Shown here: positions 19,465 through 29,584 of the stretch, piece after piece | Position numbering within the stretch: the first letter of the stretch is position 1 | Layout of the letters: each line of letters begins with the position of its first letter | Origin: Tepidisphaera sp. | Lineage (GTDB): Bacteria; Planctomycetota; Phycisphaerae; Phycisphaerales; UBA1924 | Assembly (NCBI GenBank): GCA_050916045.1 | Contig: CP051526.1 | Span: 3,296,001-3,360,000 of the forward strand | Length of the DNA stretch: 64,000 bases | Direction: 5' to 3' | Notes under the pieces: generated by a model | Databases searched by the model: none | What the model was told of the DNA's origin: nothing | Seen by the model: only the letters and a program-made list of their open reading frames with translations | Translations under genes and position numbers: made by a program

Positions 19465-20934
19465 ATGCACACGCGTTTGATGGTTCTGCTGCTCACGATC
19501 TGGACCGTGGTTTCCGCCGGTTTCGCCTTTGCCGAGCCGCAGCGATGGGAAGGCTCGGTCGAACTGCCCGGCGGGCAGAAGCTGAACTTCGAGGTCGCGC
19601 TCGAGAAGGACACGGGAACGATCTCGATCCCTGCCCAGGGCGCCAAGGACCTCGCGCTGACGAGCGTCACCCTCGGAGAGAAGATCTCCTTCACGCTCAA
19701 GCTCCCGAACGCGGCGGCCACCGCTGTCTGGGAGTTCAAAGTCTCCGAAGACGGGAAGTCCGCCGAGGGCGTGCTCAAGCAGATGGGCCAGGAGTTCCCG
19801 AGCAAGATGAAAGCGCTCGCCGCGGGCGAGTCGGCCAAGGGCTCCAATCGCCCGCAGGAGCCCAAGGCTCCGTTCCCGTACAAGTCCGAGGAGGTCACGA
19901 TCATCGTCGGGACCGCCGGAGGCGGCCTCGGCCGCGACGCGCGGCCCAAGGGCCACACCCTTTCGGGAACCCTCACCCTGCCCGAGGGCAAGGGCCCCTT
20001 CCCGGGCGTCATCCTCGTCTCGGGCTCGGGCCCGCAGGACCGCGATGAGTTGCTGCTCGGGCACAAGCCGTTCCTGGTTCTGGCCGACCACCTGACCCGC
20101 AAGGGGATCGCGGTGCTTCGGTACGACGACCGCGGCGTCGGACGAAGCTCCGGCAACTTTGCGCTGGGTACCTCCGACGATTTCGCCGAGGACGCGCAAG
20201 CCGCGATCAAGTTCCTCGCTTCCCGGCCTGAGATCAACGCTTCACAGGTCGGCATCGTCGGTCACAGCGAGGGCGGGCTGATCGCCCCCATGGTCGCCGC
20301 CGTCAGCGACATCCCCAAGTTCATCGTGCTTCTCGCCGGTCCGGGCATGCCCGGGCTGGACCTGCTTGTTCTGCAGGGCCGGCTGATCAGCGAAGCCGGC
20401 GGCTTGAGCAAAGAGGACGCGGCTCGGAACGCTGAAAGCAGCCGGAAGATCCTCGAGATGGTCCGCGATGGCAAGTCGGCCGACGAGGTCCGCGAAGCGT
20501 TCCGACTGGCCATCGAAGAGAATCTGGCGCAGAATCCCGGGACCAAGGACACGCCCGCCGAAGAGCGAGCCAAACAGGCCGAGCAGATGGCCACCCAGCA
20601 GACTGCTTCGATCTCGACCCCTTGGATGAAGCGGTTCCTTCAGTACGACCCAGCCGCCGCTCTCGCAAAGGTGAAGGTCCCGGTTCTCGCGCTCAACGGC
20701 GAGAAGGACCTGCAGGTGCCTCCCAAGGAAAATCTGTCGGGCATCGAGAGCTCGCTCAAAGCCGGCGGAAACACCCGTTTCACGGCCAAGCAGCTCCCGG
20801 GACTCAACCACCTCTTCCAGACCTGCACCACGGGCAGCCCCTCGGAGTACGCCGAGATCGAAGAGACCTTTGCGCCGGCCGCTCTGGAAGCCATCTCGTC
20901 CTGGATCCTGGAAACCGCGGCCAAGCCGAACTGA
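19465..20934 (+). CDS. Secreted alpha/beta hydrolase
   Basis: Signal peptide; SGSGPQDRD, LRYDDRGVG, nucleophile GHSEGG, GEKDLQV, LNHLFQ. Confidence 0.93.
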   Translation: MHTRLMVLLLTIWTVVSAGFAFAEPQRWEGSVELPGGQKLNFEVALEKDTGTISIPAQGAKDLALTSVTLGEKISFTLKLPNAAATAVWEFKVSEDGKSAEGVLKQMGQEFPSKMKALAAGESAKGSNRPQEPKAPFPYKSEEVTIIVGTAGGGLGRDARPKGHTLSGTLTLPEGKGPFPGVILVSGSGPQDRDELLLGHKPFLVLADHLTRKGIAVLRYDDRGVGRSSGNFALGTSDDFAEDAQAAIKFLASRPEINASQVGIVGHSEGGLIAPMVAAVSDIPKFIVLLAGPGMPGLDLLVLQGRLISEAGGLSKEDAARNAESSRKILEMVRDGKSADEVREAFRLAIEENLAQNPGTKDTPAEERAKQAEQMATQQTASISTPWMKRFLQYDPAAALAKVKVPVLALNGEKDLQVPPKENLSGIESSLKAGGNTRFTAKQLPGLNHLFQTCTTGSPSEYAEIEETFAPAALEAISSWILETAAKPN

Positions 20935-21037
20935 GCGCGCCGCACACCACGACGCCTACCGTTGCCGGACCCGTACCTCACGCACCCATGCACCCGACGA
21001 CGCCCCTGCGCCGCGGGTGCGACGGATCCGCTCGACT

Positions 21038-21499
21038 ATGACCACCTGGACGGACACCCTGCGCACCATCGCCAAAGCCGCGGATGACGCCGCCGTCTTC
21101 GGCTCCGTGCGCGTGACCGGCGACCGCCTCGAATGCAAAGCACGCTCGGCCGACGCGTTCTATCGCGTGGACGTCAAGGAGGATGGCGGCGCGTGCGTCT
21201 CGCTCGTCACGCCGGACCGCTGGCTCAGCCAGTCGATCGAGAAGGAACTGGTCAACAACGGTGACAAGTTCGAGGACCTGCTTGACGAGGAACTCGCCGA
21301 GCTCGGGTATCGCGGGCCGGCGCCCAAGATCGAGCATTACCGCTCGGACGACAAGCTCTACACGTTCCGCACGCCCGTCTTTCCCTCGGCCGCCCGCGCG
21401 ACGAGCCCGGAACAGGCGCGCGTGCTCATCCAGCACCTGCTCGCGTACGAAGCGATGTTCGGTGTGCTCGGCGACATGCCCGGCGGAGACGAAGAATGA
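21038..21499 (+). CDS. Conserved hypothetical protein
   Basis: Typical GC3 codon bias; TPDRWLSQSIE...EHYRSDDKLYTFRT...LLAYEA; stop overlaps the GT4 start (ATGA). Confidence 0.7.
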   Translation: MTTWTDTLRTIAKAADDAAVFGSVRVTGDRLECKARSADAFYRVDVKEDGGACVSLVTPDRWLSQSIEKELVNNGDKFEDLLDEELAELGYRGPAPKIEHYRSDDKLYTFRTPVFPSAARATSPEQARVLIQHLLAYEAMFGVLGDMPGGDEE

Positions 21500-23001
21500 C
21501 CCCGCCCACCGCGGTTTCGCCCCATCGCACCGTTTCCGAAGCGGACGCTCCGCTCCGCATTCTCATGCTCGGGTGGGAGTTCCCGCCGTTCATCGCGGGC
21601 GGCCTCGGCGTCGCGTGTTACGGGCTGACGAAAGCTCTCGATCAGCTCGGGCACAAGGTGATCTTCGTGCTGCCGCGGCCTGTGGACCGATCCCAAGCGT
21701 CGCACGTGCGGCTTCTGAGCCCCGATGCGCCGCGCGGCTCGCGGGTTGGTCCCGGACGGACGCGGCCGGGCTCGCGCATCACGCGAACCACCGAGGGTGG
21801 CATGGTGGTCGACGGCTTCGAGCAAGCCGAGTTCCACGAGCTTCCCTCGACGTTCTCGCATCCGTATCCGTCGTTCAACCCGGCGGTGGGCAATTTCGAG
21901 ATGCCCGCCACGCCTTCGGAGTCGGTTGACTCTTCGCAAGAGGCGGTGCCGGCGGCAACGACCGCTTCAGCCGGAACGCCGGTGCCCGCGCTCGCGAATC
22001 TGTCGCAGCCCGCGTCGAACACATCGACGGGCATGCACTTGGGCTCAGGCGGCGGCGCGGGGCACGGGTACGGCTCGGACCTGTTCGGCGACGCCGAGCG
22101 GTACGCTCGCTTGTGCGTGGCGCTCGCGCTGCACGAGGACTTCGACGTCATCCACGCGCACGACTGGCTGACGTACCCCGCGGGTGCGGCGGTGGCAAAG
22201 GTCACGGGCAAGCCGCTTGTGGTGCATGTGCACTCGACCGAACATGACCGCTCCGGCGACAACATCAACCGCGCGTGCTTTGACATCGAGCGGGCCGGGA
22301 TGCTCGCGGCCGATCGTGTGCTCGCGGTGAGTGAACTGACCAAATCGATCTGCGTCAAGAAGTACTCGATCGATCCGGCCAAGATCGACGTCGTCTACAA
22401 CGGCATCGACCGCGTCGAGCAGCAGCCGCCGGCGGGCGTCGAGATCGAGCCCGGGGACAAGATCGTCCTGTTCCTCGGCCGTATCACGATGCAGAAGGGG
22501 CCCGAGTACTTCATCGCGGCGGCCAAGCGCGTGCTCGAGAAGATGGACAATGTGAAGTTCATCGTCGCGGGCTCGGGCGACATGGCGCTGCGAATGGTTG
22601 AGTTGGCGGCGGCGATGGGGATCGGCCACAAGGTGCTCTTCACCGGGTTCCTTCGCGGCAAGGACGTTGACCGCGTCTTCGCGCTGGCCGACTGCTACGT
22701 GATGCCGAGCGTCTCCGAGCCCTTCGGCTTGGCTGCGCTCGAAGCCATCCACCACGACGTCCCGGTGATCCTCAGCAAGACCGCCGGAGCGGCCGAGGTG
22801 CTGACGCACGTCCTGAAGGTCGACTTCTGGGACACCGACGAGATGGCCAACAAGATCGTCGCGGTGCTGAAGTACCCGCCGCTGAGCCAGACGCTGCGGG
22901 AGCACGGCCGGTTCGAACTCCGCCGGCTGACATGGGGCGGCGCAGCGGAGAAGTGCGTCAAGAGCTATCGAGCGGCAATGCATGCCCCAGCACTGGCCTG
23001 A
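21496..23001 (+). CDS. Glycosyltransferase family 4 (glycogen/alpha-glucan synthase-like)
   Basis: LMLGWEFPPFIAGGLG, IHAHDWLT, HVHSTE.DR, LGRITMQKG, MPSVSEPFGLAALEA. Confidence 0.93.
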   Translation: MTPPTAVSPHRTVSEADAPLRILMLGWEFPPFIAGGLGVACYGLTKALDQLGHKVIFVLPRPVDRSQASHVRLLSPDAPRGSRVGPGRTRPGSRITRTTEGGMVVDGFEQAEFHELPSTFSHPYPSFNPAVGNFEMPATPSESVDSSQEAVPAATTASAGTPVPALANLSQPASNTSTGMHLGSGGGAGHGYGSDLFGDAERYARLCVALALHEDFDVIHAHDWLTYPAGAAVAKVTGKPLVVHVHSTEHDRSGDNINRACFDIERAGMLAADRVLAVSELTKSICVKKYSIDPAKIDVVYNGIDRVEQQPPAGVEIEPGDKIVLFLGRITMQKGPEYFIAAAKRVLEKMDNVKFIVAGSGDMALRMVELAAAMGIGHKVLFTGFLRGKDVDRVFALADCYVMPSVSEPFGLAALEAIHHDVPVILSKTAGAAEVLTHVLKVDFWDTDEMANKIVAVLKYPPLSQTLREHGRFELRRLTWGGAAEKCVKSYRAAMHAPALA

Positions 23002-23003
23002 AC

Positions 23004-23068
23004 GAGCCCGCAGCGCAAGCAAGGGCACTGCCCGCCCGTCAAGAGCCCCGAGCGTGAGCGAGCGGGTC
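23004..23068 (+). repeat. Two tandem REP-like short elements
   Basis: GAGCCCGCAGCGCAAGCAAGGG (23004-23025) and GAGCCCCGAGCGTGAGCGAGCGGGT (23043-23067) share an AGCCC..AGCG..AGC.AG.GG skeleton. Confidence 0.5.
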
Positions 23069-23249
23069 GCGCTTGACGTCAACGGGGCTGCCACACATCG
23101 CCCGAGGCGTCAGATCTGAAAACCAACCTCTCGTCGTCCATCGAAATCCTCTGATCGAAGACATCGATGCAACGGGACCGGATGCCACCCGCCGCGTGAG
23201 AGTATCGTTAGAACATCAGTCACCCAAAGTTCTCTGTCGAGGAAGCCCG

Positions 23250-24617
23250 ATGCGTCTTGCCCTGTTCGCACTCATCGTGTCGGCCCCGGTGTTTGCCAGC
23301 GATCGGGCAACCCTCGAATACGCCCCGGCCCCGGTGGACAACCCCCTCAAGGGGCTCGTGCCCTATCGGGCCGACCGTCGGACCCACTTCCCGCATTCGC
23401 TCGAGTTCAACTACCTGCCATACTCGGCCCTCGTGAAGGGGTACGACGAGTTCGACTGGACCGCGCTGGAACAACTGCTCGACGACATCGCGTCACGCGG
23501 GCATCAGGCTGTCTTTCGAGTCTTCCTGGAGTACCCGGGCAAGAAAGGCGTCATCCCCGAATTCCTGCTAGACGACGGGCTGAAGGTCCACAAGTGGCTG
23601 TACAACGAGACGCAGCCGCTCACCCCCGCCCCGATCGAAACACCGGACTACGAAAACGCGAATCTGCGAAAGTCGCTGAAGAGCTTCCTCGAGGCGCTCG
23701 GCAAGAAGTACGACGGCGACCCGAGAATCGGATTCATCACGGCCGGGCTGCTCGGCACCTGGGGCGAATGGCACACGTACCCGAAGAGCGAGCTCTTCGC
23801 GAGCAAGGCCGTGCAGACGGAGGTGATGGACGCCTACGAAGCAGCGTTCAAAATCACCCCCATCCTTCTGCGATACCCGACGGGCGAAACGAACACTCAA
23901 AAGGCCCCGAACGCGACGCGGCACTTCGGTTACCACGACGATTCGTTCGCGTGGGCCACGCTGGACACAGGGGAACCGCGCCACGACTGGTTCTTTGTGC
24001 CCGCCCTTAAAGCCGCCGGGCCGGCAGCGATGGAGAAATGGAAGACACGCCCCATCGGCGGCGAGCTCCGCCCCGAGGCGTGGGGACGAGTGTTCGACGA
24101 CAACCCGGGCGAGAAACAGATTCAGAACTTCCGCAAGTGCGTGGAGGAGACGCACGTCACATGGCTCATGGACACCGGCATGTTCGAGAAGAAGCAGAAG
24201 GCCGATCGCATCAAGCGTGCTGAAGAACAGGTGCGCCGGATGGGATACGAGTTCCACGTCCCCGCCGTGACGATCGGAACCGCGGCGGGCGACAAACTCA
24301 CGGTGGCGATCGAGGTAGAGAACCGCGGGATCGCCCCGTTCTACTACGACTGGAAGCCGGAGTTCGGCTTGATCCTCGATCGCAACCTGTCCAAAGTCGT
24401 TCCCGGCACGGGCAGACTCACAGGACTCCTTCCGGGCGACAAGCCACGCGTGTGGAACGAGTCGCTTGATGTCTCCGGCGTGCAGCCTGGAACCTACAAG
24501 CTCGCGGTCCGCGTGCCGAACCCGCTCAAGAACGGACACCCTCTGAAATTCGCCAACGCAACCCAGGACGCCGATGCCGACGGCTGGCTCACGTTGGGAA
24601 GCGTCGAGGTGAAGTGA
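23250..24617 (+). CDS. Secreted DUF4832-type / glycoside-hydrolase-like TIM-barrel protein
   Basis: Signal peptide MRLALFALIV; DNPLKG, YDGDPRIGFI.AGLLG.WGEWH, PIGGE, C-terminal RMGY...ENRGIAPFYY beta-sandwich. Confidence 0.75.
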   Translation: MRLALFALIVSAPVFASDRATLEYAPAPVDNPLKGLVPYRADRRTHFPHSLEFNYLPYSALVKGYDEFDWTALEQLLDDIASRGHQAVFRVFLEYPGKKGVIPEFLLDDGLKVHKWLYNETQPLTPAPIETPDYENANLRKSLKSFLEALGKKYDGDPRIGFITAGLLGTWGEWHTYPKSELFASKAVQTEVMDAYEAAFKITPILLRYPTGETNTQKAPNATRHFGYHDDSFAWATLDTGEPRHDWFFVPALKAAGPAAMEKWKTRPIGGELRPEAWGRVFDDNPGEKQIQNFRKCVEETHVTWLMDTGMFEKKQKADRIKRAEEQVRRMGYEFHVPAVTIGTAAGDKLTVAIEVENRGIAPFYYDWKPEFGLILDRNLSKVVPGTGRLTGLLPGDKPRVWNESLDVSGVQPGTYKLAVRVPNPLKNGHPLKFANATQDADADGWLTLGSVEVK

Positions 24618-24695
24618 CCACGCGCGTCCTCGGCCGACGGACTCGAAAGACCATCCCAAAGTTCCTCCGAGCACAACGTCTCGGCACGCGACGTC

Positions 24696-26345
24696 TCAGC
24701 CGGCCCGCCTTCCGTTGAGGACCGCGCCGATAAGCGTCCGACGAACCGCGAAATGGTAACTGACGAGCAGGATCGCCACGGATCCGACCAGGAGCACCGC
24801 GAACTTGGCCGGAGTGGGCATTTCGACGCGGGTCAAGAGCACCTGACCCACGATCACCAGCGGGAGGTGAGCGAGATAAAGCCAGTACGCCGAGTCCGAG
24901 AGATACCGCACCCACACGCGAGGTTTCGCGAAGATCGACTCGCAGAGCCCCAGCATTCCAAACGTCGCGAGCCACGCGAACAGCACCTGCATCAGATTCG
25001 ACGCCAACTTGCGGGCGGCCTCGTTCTCGATGATCGTGGACGCCTGCACCGGGTTGTACGCGAACATCAAAGCGATCGGGAGAATGAGAAACGCGAGCAG
25101 AAGCGAGAGCCACCAGAACCGCCCGAATTTCGCATCCTGGCCATGTGCGCAGAACGCCAGAGCCCCGAAGGCGAAGAAGACCGCGTAGTAGAGCAGGACG
25201 TGCGGCATCGGAAGCAACCCGGTGGAAGTGTCGGGACCGAAGCCCGGGATGGCACCCCGCAGGTGCATGAAGTGTTGTGGCACCATGGTCAGCGGCACAA
25301 GCCACAGCAGGCAGAGCGGCATGGAGAAAAGCGGCGCGGGAAGTCGCACGCTCGGAGCAAATCGCGAGAGATACGCCACGACAGCAAAGCCCGCGTTCAG
25401 CCAGCACAGGAACCACAGGAACCACAGGTGCTGAAAGAATGTGCCCGCTTGCATCCGCGCAAACCAACCGTTCGCGCTCTCCCCCTGCAGGTCGGGCGTC
25501 GTGCCCGCGGCCTCCTTCGGTGCCGCGCCGGCATCGATCAGCGCTCGGATGCGTTCGCGTCCCGCGACAACCTCCTTAAAATCGAGCGGGATCTTCACAA
25601 AGCCCGCGATGTACTCGGTCGTCTGCCTGTCGTGTCGCAACGAGTTGACGGGACGTTCGCCCGCCTGGCTTGTGATCGTCAGATCGGTACCCGCCTTGAT
25701 CAGCCGTTCCGCGACCTCAGCCCTTCCGAAGAAGCACGCGGTGTGCATGGGGGTGTTGCCGTCGCGATAGCGGGCGTTGGGGTCGGCGCCGAGCTCAAGG
25801 AGCAGGCCCGTGGCCTCGGGCTTGCCCGTGAGCGCCGTCCATCCCAGCGGTGTGACTCCCATCGTTGCGTCCTGAGCGTTCAGTTGGTCCGAGCCGGTCG
25901 CGTACCTTCGCACCGCTTCCAAGTCGCCGGCCGCCGCCGCTGTCCAGATGTCCGTCGCCGCCGCACCGCCCTTGCTTGCTTTCGCCGACTGCTCGGCGAG
26001 CGCCCAGTTGGTCGCCAACCACATCGCCGGCAGAATGCTCAGGCACCCGATGGCCAGCGGCAGCAGAATCCGCTTGCTCCGTTGCGACACGAGCCCGCCG
26101 AGCCCGCGCCGTTGCCAGAGCATCGCCGTGAAGAACCCGCTCAGAAGGAAGAAGAGCGGCATGCGAAAGCCATGAACCCCCGCCACGAAAAGCCCCAGCA
26201 GCGGCGCGGGCGGCTCGTCGTTGATCATCCACGCCGCTCCGATGTACGCCATCGCGGCGTGCAGGCCGATGCCGAGCAGCATCGCGAGCGAACGCAAAGC
26301 GTCCAGATCCGGCCGACGGTTGTTGGGTGAGACTTCGACGGACAT
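24696..26345 (-). CDS. Acyltransferase family 3 (OpgC/MdoC-like) with an inserted ankyrin-repeat domain
   Basis: DLDALRSLAMLLGIGLH, HGFRMPLFFLLSGFF, HLWFLWFL, SYWLYLAH-type motif; internal GVTPLGW / GADPN / GNTPMHTA ankyrin repeats. Confidence 0.88.
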   Translation of the reverse strand: MSVEVSPNNRRPDLDALRSLAMLLGIGLHAAMAYIGAAWMINDEPPAPLLGLFVAGVHGFRMPLFFLLSGFFTAMLWQRRGLGGLVSQRSKRILLPLAIGCLSILPAMWLATNWALAEQSAKASKGGAAATDIWTAAAAGDLEAVRRYATGSDQLNAQDATMGVTPLGWTALTGKPEATGLLLELGADPNARYRDGNTPMHTACFFGRAEVAERLIKAGTDLTITSQAGERPVNSLRHDRQTTEYIAGFVKIPLDFKEVVAGRERIRALIDAGAAPKEAAGTTPDLQGESANGWFARMQAGTFFQHLWFLWFLCWLNAGFAVVAYLSRFAPSVRLPAPLFSMPLCLLWLVPLTMVPQHFMHLRGAIPGFGPDTSTGLLPMPHVLLYYAVFFAFGALAFCAHGQDAKFGRFWWLSLLLAFLILPIALMFAYNPVQASTIIENEAARKLASNLMQVLFAWLATFGMLGLCESIFAKPRVWVRYLSDSAYWLYLAHLPLVIVGQVLLTRVEMPTPAKFAVLLVGSVAILLVSYHFAVRRTLIGAVLNGRRAG

Positions 26346-26515
26346 CGCTTCGGCCTTTCGTCCCGGCGCATGAAAAACCCGCAACGACCGCACCGGCGGG
26401 ACGTTGCGCCTCTGTTTCGGGAATCCGTTGACTCGCTTGCACATCCGGCCTCACCGGATGTCACGATCATTGACCTTCGTCGCGTGACAGGAGCTTCAAG
26501 ACGCAGTCCGCGCGG

Positions 26516-26734
26516 TCAATCCACGCGCTCCCATCGAAACACTTCGTCCATTCTCTTTCCGAAGACCTCCGCGATCCGAAACGCGGCTTCGAGGGTCGGC
26601 GAGTACTTGCCGGACTCGATCGCGGCGATCGTCTGACGCGTGACACCCACGCGCTGCCCCAGCTCCGCCTGAGTCATCTCGCCGTGCAGAAACCGCAATG
26701 TGCGGATGTCGTTGACGATCCGTCGTTCAGTCAT
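26516..26734 (-). CDS. XRE-family helix-turn-helix transcriptional regulator
   Basis: IRTLR...MTQAELGQRVGVTRQTIAAIESGKYSPTLEAAFRIAEVF. Confidence 0.93.
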   Translation of the reverse strand: MTERRIVNDIRTLRFLHGEMTQAELGQRVGVTRQTIAAIESGKYSPTLEAAFRIAEVFGKRMDEVFRWERVD

Positions 26735-27188
26735 TCCACCCACGCCTGTAGCACCAGATGGCAACCACGTCTCGAACCAGTTCAGCCAGAACCACCATCG
26801 CGATCCCGGTGTTGATGAGCTGCCATCCCCCGGACGTAAAGGGGAACACGCACCCGATGTTGATCACCATCCCCGCGACAAGAACGCTGTATCCGGTTTG
26901 GATCGACCGGCGCGAGATCGCGATATCTCGTTCATCCGCTGGTGCTCGCGCGTCTTCAGGAGAGTTCTTCCGTATCCAAACCGTCCCGAGCGTCCAGATG
27001 ACCACCTGTGTGGCCAGTGCGGCCACAAAGGTGATGAACGTGTCCCAGTCCGGCATCGGCTTGATTGGCGGGTGGATGCTCATCCATGTGAAGTAGGGAA
27101 TAAACGGGATGCCCATCGCGGCGAGCGCGACAAACGCCGCTTTTTCGCCGTATGGCCTCGTCTCCGATATGTTCGCTGCCATTGACAT
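26727..27188 (-). CDS. DUF2178-like membrane protein paired with the XRE regulator
   Basis: Four TM segments, DERD motif, C-terminal YRRG; overlaps the XRE start. Confidence 0.75.
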   Translation of the reverse strand: MSMAANISETRPYGEKAAFVALAAMGIPFIPYFTWMSIHPPIKPMPDWDTFITFVAALATQVVIWTLGTVWIRKNSPEDARAPADERDIAISRRSIQTGYSVLVAGMVINIGCVFPFTSGGWQLINTGIAMVVLAELVRDVVAIWCYRRGWND

Positions 27189-27195
27189 GATGTAA

Positions 27196-27224
27196 AGAAT
27201 ATCGAACATCGCCTCGGATGTCAA
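27196..27224 (-). promoter_or_regulatory. Sigma-70 promoter TTGACA-N17-TATTCT, 7 nt before the ATG (leaderless)
   Basis: Minus strand reads TTGACA tccgaggcgatgttcga TATTCT ttacatc ATG. Confidence 0.8.
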
Positions 27225-27387
27225 GCGAAATCTTGAGAAAACGAAGTGCACGGCTTGCACCCTTCGTGGCGGGTCGCTTCGAGCCCGCTGATCGTCGAAT
27301 GTCAATCACCCCGCCGCACCGGTCGGCACCGTCTTTGTCACGGGCATCATCAGACAAGAAGGTCTGGCGCGAATCAAAGCCACCCGC

Positions 27388-28122
27388 TCAGGGTTCATCA
27401 CCGCCGTGATGATCCACCGCATGTGGCGGGACTCGGCCGCGTTTGTCCGACAGGATGCGGTGGATCTCCTCCCATGACACCGGCTTGTAGCCGTGCGCAT
27501 CGACGCCGACGTCCATGGACAGCGCCGAGGGAATCGTCCGCTCCCGCCAGGCTTCGAGGTTGCCGTGCGAGTGGCCGTAGAGGTGGTAGACGCCTTTGTG
27601 GCTGGCTTGCCAGACGACGTGGGCGTAGTGGCTGAGGTAGACGCGTTGCATGCGCTTGAGCTCGCGCGTGCCGAGGCGTACCTTCGCCATCTCGCGCTGC
27701 ACCTCATCCTCGGTCAGCGACTCGCCCTCGGCAGGCTCGTAGACCATCACCGCTTCGTAGCATGCTTCGAAAAGCGGTCGCAGCACCTCGCGGTCGTCGT
27801 GGTTGCCCCACACGATCCGGACGTCCTTGCAGCGGATCCGCTCGCGGAACTCCAAAGCCCGCTCCGGCGTCGTGCGGACCGTGAAATCGCCGAGGATCCA
27901 AAGCCGGTCCTTCTTCCCGACGCGCTCGTTGATGTTGTCGATGAGGGCGTCGTTCATCCGCTGGATAGATGCCCGCGACGGCTTGTACGTGATCGCTTCG
28001 CGGCGGCCCCCCCACCGCTCCTGATCGGCGGCTTCCTCGGGCGAAAGGAAGATCCTCCTGCCCGGGGAGTACCAGAGGATGTTGGGGTGGTCGAGATGAA
28101 GGTCCGCGGTGAAGAAATCCAC
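27388..28122 (-). CDS. Calcineurin-like metallophosphoesterase
   Basis: ADLHLDH, LGDF, GNHD, SHY, HLYGHSH, DVGVD. Confidence 0.92.
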   Translation of the reverse strand: MDFFTADLHLDHPNILWYSPGRRIFLSPEEAADQERWGGRREAITYKPSRASIQRMNDALIDNINERVGKKDRLWILGDFTVRTTPERALEFRERIRCKDVRIVWGNHDDREVLRPLFEACYEAVMVYEPAEGESLTEDEVQREMAKVRLGTRELKRMQRVYLSHYAHVVWQASHKGVYHLYGHSHGNLEAWRERTIPSALSMDVGVDAHGYKPVSWEEIHRILSDKRGRVPPHAVDHHGGDEP

Positions 28123-28237
28123 GGAGCGATCCTAGAAGGCCGCGAAGGCGGTCGAAAAACGGGTGAGGGCACCGGGCCGAGCGTGTGTGAGTCGCCCGTC
28201 CCGATGCCCTCCGGAGTGTTTCGGCTGCGTCGTTCGC

Positions 28238-28513
28238 TTATTCCTCGTTCTGCTGGTTGTTCTGCTTCTCAAGAAGCTTGCGGAGGTACTCGTTCTCTCG
28301 ACGCGTCGCTTCGAGGTCGAACACCAGGTACTTGATCGAAAGCCGGAGGTAGTCGAGGGACTCCTGCAGGTCGGCGATCGTCTTCTTCATGGTCTCGTGG
28401 CGGGTCTTGGTCTCAGAGGCAAGCTGCTCAAGGGGGGCTCGCTCGCCCTCCGGGAGCGTGTTGATCTGGTTCACAAGGTCGCTGAGTTTGCTCTGGAATT
28501 CCTGCTCGTTCAT
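28238..28513 (-). CDS. Small conserved coiled-coil protein of planctomycete type
   Basis: LQESLDYLRLSIKYLVFDLEATRRENEYLRKLLE; SD GAGGAG. Confidence 0.8.
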   Translation of the reverse strand: MNEQEFQSKLSDLVNQINTLPEGERAPLEQLASETKTRHETMKKTIADLQESLDYLRLSIKYLVFDLEATRRENEYLRKLLEKQNNQQNEE

Positions 28514-28730
28514 CTCTTGCTCTCCTCGTCTCTGGTGTTGTCCCGCGTGCGGCCCCGAGCCAGTGCGGACGAGAAGAGAGATTCAAACGGCGGGCCACTC
28601 GCGAACGCGCATGCCAAGCCGCGGTGTTCCGAGAATGTGCCCCGCAGCGCAACGCCGGCACGGCGCGGCTCCGCGTGTCGCGTGGCCGACCGATCGGAGG
28701 AGTGTGGGCGGTTCCGGGTGTCGCGTGCGT

Positions 28731-29333
28731 TCAACGCATCGCGTGGGCTTTTTGCAACGCCTGTTTCGCCACGGGCGCAGCCGCCGCTTCGATCTTCGCC
28801 AGGGCCGCCGGGTCGGCCCGGCGGAGGTCGGAGGTCACCCGCCGGAGGTGGGTGAAGACATTGGTCCGGAAACGCTGGAAGTGCTCCTCCAACTCATGCC
28901 GGTTGAACGACGAGAGCGGATCGCGGAGACCCGTCTGCGCGGTGGCCCAGTCCAGAAGCGAAGACCCCGACCCGGTGTACTTGAACAGGCCCAAGGTGGC
29001 TTCGACGCGCTTGGGGAGGCTGACGAACGGGTCCGTCACGCTTTCCGGCAGGCCGGCGAGCGAGTCCGCCAGATTCTTGAGGTCGAACTGCTGGAGGATG
29101 TTGTCGTCGGACTTGGGCTCCGCGAACGCCGAAGCACCCCCCGGAGCAGAGGATCTAAGATCCGCATACAGGGTGGTCAAGGTCTTGAGGCCACCCCGGT
29201 CGAATCGAATGCTGAGCCGCTGGCAGCGTTTGCCCTCTTGAAGGTGGCTTTCCGCGGTGAGGACCTGGCCGACCCCCCATTCCGGTTTCGCGGTGTGAAT
29301 GACCCAGTCCCCGTTCTTGTACTCTTGCGTCAT
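28731..29333 (-). CDS. DUF3553-domain protein
   Basis: GDWVIHTAKPEWGVGQV...IRFDRGGLKTL N-terminal SH3-like domain. Confidence 0.75.
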   Translation of the reverse strand: MTQEYKNGDWVIHTAKPEWGVGQVLTAESHLQEGKRCQRLSIRFDRGGLKTLTTLYADLRSSAPGGASAFAEPKSDDNILQQFDLKNLADSLAGLPESVTDPFVSLPKRVEATLGLFKYTGSGSSLLDWATAQTGLRDPLSSFNRHELEEHFQRFRTNVFTHLRRVTSDLRRADPAALAKIEAAAAPVAKQALQKAHAMR

Positions 29334-29584
29334 GCGTATGGGCCCCGCGACCATCGAAAGCGTTGGTCGGCTTGTGCATCAAACCCGTACCTCAGCGGCT
29401 TGGATGCCGGAAACCCGGGCGGGAAGCTCCGGGCGGAGGCTGCGGGGTTGGACACGTGGGGTGCGAGCGGCTGCCGAAAGTCGGCGCGTTGCCCTGCACC
29501 CCTCTTGATCCATATTATCCCTGCTCGCCCGGACGGTTCCATCGAACTTCCCGACCGCCCGGTCGACACCTGGAAACTTGCTCC

